Positions 58,886 to 64,000 of a DNA stretch of 64,000 bases are shown one piece after another (positions within the stretch are counted from its first letter, which is position 1; the number at the start of each line of letters is the position of its first letter). A program made the translations under genes and the position numbers. This DNA comes from Escherichia coli. Its GTDB lineage: Bacteria; Pseudomonadota; Gammaproteobacteria; Enterobacterales; Enterobacteriaceae. Where the stretch lies: NCBI RefSeq assembly GCF_003018255.1, contig NZ_CP027440.1; one strand, given 5' to 3'. Below the pieces are notes generated by a model. That model did no database searches and was not told the DNA's origin. It saw only the letters and a program-made list of their open reading frames with translations.

Positions 58886-59848
58886 ATGCGTCAGACTAAA
58901 ACCGGTATCCTGCTGGCAAACCTGGGGACGCCCGATGCCCCCACACCTGAAGCGGTAAAACGCTATCTGAAACAATTTTTAAGCGACAGACGTGTGGTTG
59001 ATACCTCACGGTTGTTATGGTGGCCATTGCTACGCGGCGTGATTTTGCCGCTGCGCTCGCCGCGTGTGGCGAAGCTGTATGCCTCTGTCTGGATGGAAGG
59101 TGGCTCGCCGCTGATGGTTTACAGCCGCCAGCAACAGCAGGCGCTGGCACAACGTTTACCGGAGACGCCCGTAGCGCTGGGAATGAGCTACGGCTCGCCA
59201 TCACTGGAAAGCGCCGTAGATGAACTACTGGCAGAGCATGTAGATCATATTGTGGTGCTGCCGCTTTATCCGCAATTCTCCTGTTCAACGGTCGGTGCGG
59301 TATGGGATGAACTGGCACGCATTCTGGCGCGCAAACGTAGCATTCCGGGGATATCGTTTATACGTGATTACGCCGATAACCACGATTACATTAATGCACT
59401 GGCGAACAGCGTACGCGCTTCTTTTGCCAAACATGGCGAACCGGATCTGCTGCTGCTCTCTTATCATGGCATTCCCCAGCGTTATGCAGATGAAGGCGAT
59501 GATTACCCGCAACGTTGTCGCACAACGACTCGCGAACTGGCTTCCGCACTGGGGATGGCACCGGAAAAAGTGATGATGACCTTTCAGTCGCGCTTTGGGC
59601 GGGAACCCTGGCTGATGCCTTATACCGACGAAACGCTGAAAATGCTCGGAGAAAAAGGTGTAGGTCATATTCAGGTGATGTGCCCGGGCTTTGCTGCGGA
59701 TTGTCTGGAGACGCTGGAAGAGATTGCCGAGCAAAACCGTGAGGTCTTCCTCGGTGCGGGCGGGAAAAAATACGAATATATTCCGGCGCTTAATGCCACG
59801 CCGGAACATATTGAAATGATGGCTAATCTTGTTGCCGCGTATCGCTAA
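58886..59848 (+). CDS. hemH: ferrochelatase
   Basis: Track ORF 320 aa. Confidence 0.96.
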
Positions 59849-60804
59849 AGCTGAGCGGTAAAGAATTGAGCGCCGTCGCGAAGAGCCTCGTCGGCGGTTT
59901 TCATCATCCGTGAATAATGCAAAAAGGCGTGCAGCGTGCCTGGGTAGAGTTTGAACTCACAGGGCTGCTGATGCGCCGCTAACGTCTGGTAAAGCAGACG
60001 GCTGTCATCCAGCAGCGGATCGAACTCCGCCCCGGCAATAAAACAGGGCGGAACTTCGCGAGTGAGATCATTATTAAACAGGCAGTAATACGGCGACTCG
60101 CGGTCCGCGTCGTTACTTAAATACGCCTCTTCATACATCTGTAAATCCTGTTGCGTTAAGCCATCCCAGACACCGCCCAACAGACGACGAGTCACGGAAT
60201 CCCGTAATCCGTAAAGCCCATACCACAGCAAAACGCCCGCAACTTTACCGCAATCGATCTGTTTATCACGCAACCACAACGCACTGGCGAGCGCCAGCAT
60301 GGCACCTGCGGAATCACCGGCAAAGCCAATGCGGGACATATTGATTTGATAATCTTCCGCCTGCTGGTGGAAATAACAACAGGCAGCCACAATTTCCTCT
60401 ATCGCTTGCGGAAAACACGCTTCAGGTGAAAGGGTGTAATCAATGCCAATCACCGTACATTGGCTGTAGCTTGCCAGCAGGCGCATGATGCGATCGTGGG
60501 TATCAAGATTGCCGAGAATAAAACCGCCGCCATGCAAATAAAATAGCGTCGCCGGGCTATCTGGCTGCGGACAAAAGAGACGTGTTTCCACCTGCCCATA
60601 TTTTGTTGGAACCATGTAAGCTCTGGTTGCCATTTCTGGAGCGCCCGCATTCCAGAATCGGCGCTCAAGCGTGTAATGCTGTCGTTGCTCAGCAATCGTT
60701 CCCGTTGCGGGCCAGGGCGGTAAATCCGGCTGAAGAGTATTCACAACGGTCTTCATTTCAGCAGAAATAAGGTCCAGAACGGGTAATTTGTTTTCCGGCT
60801 TCAT
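59845..60804 (-). CDS. aes: acetyl esterase (alpha/beta hydrolase, HSL family)
   Basis: Track ORF 319 aa; HGGG oxyanion motif and GDSAG nucleophile motif. Confidence 0.95.
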
Positions 60805-60955
60805 GCAAAAACTCCTTTCAAATTACGTCATTGTAAGGAACCACTGCCATGAAAATGCGATCCCGCCTGCTGATATTGAAACTGGCTGCGTCTCGCGCGC
60901 TCCCGTCAGATTGTGTTAACATTCGCCGCTCAGTTAACCACCCGTAAAAACAACC

Positions 60956-62260
60956 ATGAAATTTCCCGGTAAACGTAAATCCAAACATTACTTCCCCGTA
61001 AATGCACGCGATCCGCTGCTTCAGCAATTCCAGCCAGAAAACGAAACCAGCGCTGCCTGGGTAGTGGGTATCGATCAAACGCTGGTCGATATTGAAGCGA
61101 AAGTGGATGATGAATTCATTGAGCGTTATGGATTAAGCGCCGGGCATTCACTGGTGATTGAGGATGACGTTGCCGAAGCGCTTTATCAGGAACTAAAACA
61201 GAAAAACCTGATTACCCATCAGTTTGCGGGTGGCACCATTGGTAACACCATGCACAACTACTCGGTGCTCGCGGACGACCGTTCGGTGCTGCTGGGCGTC
61301 ATGTGCAGCAATATTGAAATTGGCAGCTATGCCTATCGTTACCTGTGTAACACCTCCAGCCGTACCGATCTTAACTATCTACAAGGCGTGGATGGCCCGA
61401 TTGGTCGTTGCTTTACGCTGATTGGCGAGTCCGGGGAACGTACCTTTGCTATCAGCCCTGGCCACATGAACCAGCTGCGGGCTGAAAGTATTCCGGAAGA
61501 TGTGATTGCCGGAGCCTCGGCACTGGTTCTCACCTCTTATCTGGTGCGTTGCAAGCCGGGTGAACCCATGCCGGAAGCAACCATGAAAGCTATTGAGTAC
61601 GCGAAGAAATATAACGTACCGGTGGTGCTGACGCTGGGCACCAAGTTTGTCATTGCCGAGAATCCGCAGTGGTGGCAGCAATTCCTCAAAGACCACGTCT
61701 CTATCCTTGCGATGAACGAAGATGAAGCCGAAGCGTTGACCGGAGAAAGCGATCCGTTGTTGGCATCTGACAAGGCGCTGGACTGGGTTGATCTGGTGCT
61801 GTGTACCGCAGGGCCAATCGGCTTGTATATGGCGGGCTTTACCGAAGACGAAGCGAAACGTAAAACCCAGCATCCGCTGCTGCCGGGTGCTATAGCGGAA
61901 TTTAACCAGTATGAGTTTAGCCGCGCCATGCGCCACAAGGATTGCCAGAATCCGCTGCGTGTCTATTCGCACATTGCGCCGTACATGGGCGGGCCGGAAA
62001 AAATCATGAACACTAATGGAGCAGGGGATGGCGCACTGGCAGCGTTGCTGCATGACATTACCGCCAACAGCTACCACCGTAGCAACGTACCAAACTCCAG
62101 CAAACATAAATTCACCTGGTTAACTTATTCATCGTTAGCGCAGGTGTGTAAATATGCTAACCGTGTGAGCTATCAGGTACTGAACCAGCATTCACCTCGT
62201 TTAACGCGCGGCTTGCCGGAGCGTGAAGACAGCCTGGAAGAGTCTTACTGGGATCGTTAA
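60956..62260 (+). CDS. gsk: inosine-guanosine kinase
   Basis: Track ORF 434 aa, PfkB-family sugar kinase fold. Confidence 0.95.
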   Translation: MKFPGKRKSKHYFPVNARDPLLQQFQPENETSAAWVVGIDQTLVDIEAKVDDEFIERYGLSAGHSLVIEDDVAEALYQELKQKNLITHQFAGGTIGNTMHNYSVLADDRSVLLGVMCSNIEIGSYAYRYLCNTSSRTDLNYLQGVDGPIGRCFTLIGESGERTFAISPGHMNQLRAESIPEDVIAGASALVLTSYLVRCKPGEPMPEATMKAIEYAKKYNVPVVLTLGTKFVIAENPQWWQQFLKDHVSILAMNEDEAEALTGESDPLLASDKALDWVDLVLCTAGPIGLYMAGFTEDEAKRKTQHPLLPGAIAEFNQYEFSRAMRHKDCQNPLRVYSHIAPYMGGPEKIMNTNGAGDGALAALLHDITANSYHRSNVPNSSKHKFTWLTYSSLAQVCKYANRVSYQVLNQHSPRLTRGLPEREDSLEESYWDR

Positions 62261-62292
62261 GTTATCGACCAGACCGGACGACGATGGCATCC

Positions 62293-62329
62293 GTAGGCCG
62301 GATAAGATGCGTCAGCATCGCATCCGGCA
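62293..62329. repeat. REP element (GTAGGCCGGATAAGATGCGTCAGCATCGCATCCGGCA)
   Basis: REP-family palindromic sequence read between convergent gsk and ybaL. Confidence 0.75.
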
Positions 62330-62343
62330 ATGGAATCAATGTT

Positions 62344-64000
62344 TTACCCCGTCACCACCTCACCCGCCGGTGGCGTTTCCAGCAGTTCCAGCATAGTACG
62401 AGCAATTTCACGCTCACCCATCACTACCTGATTCGCACCACGTTCGGTGATATACGCCACTTCATCGTCATAATGGGCGCGGGCAATAATCTCAATATCC
62501 GGATTTTTCGCGCGGGCAGATGCCACAATCTCGCCCGCTTCATAACCGTTGGGAATCGTCAGGATCAGCCATTTTGCACATTCCAGATGCGCCAGTTGCA
62601 TAATTTCTTCGTTCGCCGCATTGCCCAATACTGCGCGGACCCCGCGCTCTCGCAGTTCATCAACACGGGTTCGTGACGTCTCAATCACCACCAGCGGAAT
62701 ATCAGAGGCGAGCAATTTCTCCCCCAGCAGGCTGCCTACACGACCGTAACCTACCAGTAGCGCATGGTTGCAAATATCCACTGGGATCTGCTTCTCTTCT
62801 TCGATAGCCTCTTCCAGCGTCTGCTCTTCCAGCGTTTCGGTCTTCGCCAGATATTTCTCCAGCAGCGCAAACAGGACCGGGTTGAGCATAATCGACAAAA
62901 TCGCCCCTGCCAGTACCAGGTTCTGCCCGGCTTGCGGCAATAGATCCAGCGCCATGCCCAGTCCCGCCAGGATAAACGCGAACTCACCAATTTGCGCCAG
63001 GCTGGCGGCGATAGTTAATGCCGTACGTTGGGAGTGACCAAACAGTCGCACCAGGAAAAACGCGGCTAACGACTTACCAAACAGAATAATCGCCAGCGTC
63101 GCCAGCACTGCCAGCGGTTGCTGAATCAGAATTAACGGATCAAACAACATCCCGACGGAGACAAAAAACAGCACCGCAAACGCGTCGCGCAATGGCAGCG
63201 TATCGTGGGCGGCACGGTGACTCAGTTCAGACTCGTTCAGTACCATCCCGGCAAAGAACGCACCGAGTGCAAAGGAGACATCAAACAGCTCCACCGCACC
63301 AAAGGCAATCCCTAACGCCAGTGCCAGCACCGACAGGGTAAACAGCTCACGGGAACCGGTTGCTGCGCTACGTGCCATAATCCACGGCACCAGACGGCGA
63401 CCTACCAGCATCATAATGGCGATAAATGCGATCACCTTGCCGATGGTGATCCCCATATCGACAGCAAGAGTGGCAAAGCCCACATCGCCTTGTTCCATCA
63501 TTCCTGCCACTGCGGGCAGCAACACCAGCGTCAGAACCATGACCAGGTCTTCCACAATCAACCAACCGATGGCGATTTGCCCACGCTGACTGTCAATTAA
63601 TTGCCGTTCTTCAAGTGCGCGCAGTAACACCACGGTACTGGCGGTGGAAAGACATAAACCGAACACGATACCGGTCATTAACGACCAACCCAGCACGGCG
63701 GAGAGCGCCATACCCAGCAGCGTAGCCACGGCTATCTGGGCGATCGCGCCGGGAATGGCGATGGCCTTTACCGCCATCAAATCCTTGAGCGAAAAGTGCA
63801 AACCGACGCCAAACATCAACAGAATGACGCCCAGTTCAGCCAGTTCCGGCGCAAGCTTGGTATCGGCAACAAAGCCCGGAGTGAATGGTCCTGCCAGCAC
63901 ACCCGCTAACAGATATCCCACCAGAGGAGAAATACGTAGTTTATTGGCCAGCATGCCGAGGATAAAGGCGAGCACAAGGCCGCCAACAATGGTGGTGATA
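62344..64000 (-). CDS. ybaL: CPA2-family cation:proton antiporter YbaL, 3' portion (N-terminus lies beyond window end)
   Basis: Track ORF 62344..63975; minus-strand frame stays open to nt 64000 (reads ...ITTIVGG upstream of the track Met); C-terminal TrkA-N/Rossmann region present. Confidence 0.9.
   Translation of the reverse strand, partial: ITTIVGGLVLAFILGMLANKLRISPLVGYLLAGVLAGPFTPGFVADTKLAPELAELGVILLMFGVGLHFSLKDLMAVKAIAIPGAIAQIAVATLLGMALSAVLGWSLMTGIVFGLCLSTASTVVLLRALEERQLIDSQRGQIAIGWLIVEDLVMVLTLVLLPAVAGMMEQGDVGFATLAVDMGITIGKVIAFIAIMMLVGRRLVPWIMARSAATGSRELFTLSVLALALGIAFGAVELFDVSFALGAFFAGMVLNESELSHRAAHDTLPLRDAFAVLFFVSVGMLFDPLILIQQPLAVLATLAIILFGKSLAAFFLVRLFGHSQRTALTIAASLAQIGEFAFILAGLGMALDLLPQAGQNLVLAGAILSIMLNPVLFALLEKYLAKTETLEEQTLEEAIEEEKQIPVDICNHALLVGYGRVGSLLGEKLLASDIPLVVIETSRTRVDELRERGVRAVLGNAANEEIMQLAHLECAKWLILTIPNGYEAGEIVASARAKNPDIEIIARAHYDDEVAYITERGANQVVMGEREIARTMLELLETPPAGEVVTG

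Overview
This window reads as a contiguous segment of Escherichia coli K-12-type core chromosome, running from the 5' part of dxs to the 3' part of ybaL; I found no evidence of an undescribed system, and the findings below are regulatory or structural details rather than new biology. I recognise 59 protein-coding genes (two truncated at the window edges) and one RNA gene (ffs, 4.5S/SRP RNA). Landmarks in order: dxs-ispA-xseB, thiI, yajL-panE, cyoABCDE, ampG-yajG, bolA, tig-clpP-clpX-lon-hupB-ppiD, queC, mdlAB, glnK-amtB, tesB, ffs, pdeB, maa, hha-tomB, acrR/acrAB, mscK, priC-ybaM, apt, dnaX-ybaB-recR, htpG, adk, hemH, aes, gsk, ybaL. Every intergenic gap is short (largest about 545 bp) and I could assign every long ORF to a recognised gene. 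I saw no IS element, transposase, integrase, phage gene, CRISPR array, tRNA or rRNA. Gene identities come from recognising the translated ORFs and their motifs; no database search was run. Gene boundaries follow the supplied ORF track, trimmed to the Met that matches the N-terminus I recognise. Short motif coordinates were counted by hand and may be off by 1-2 nt.
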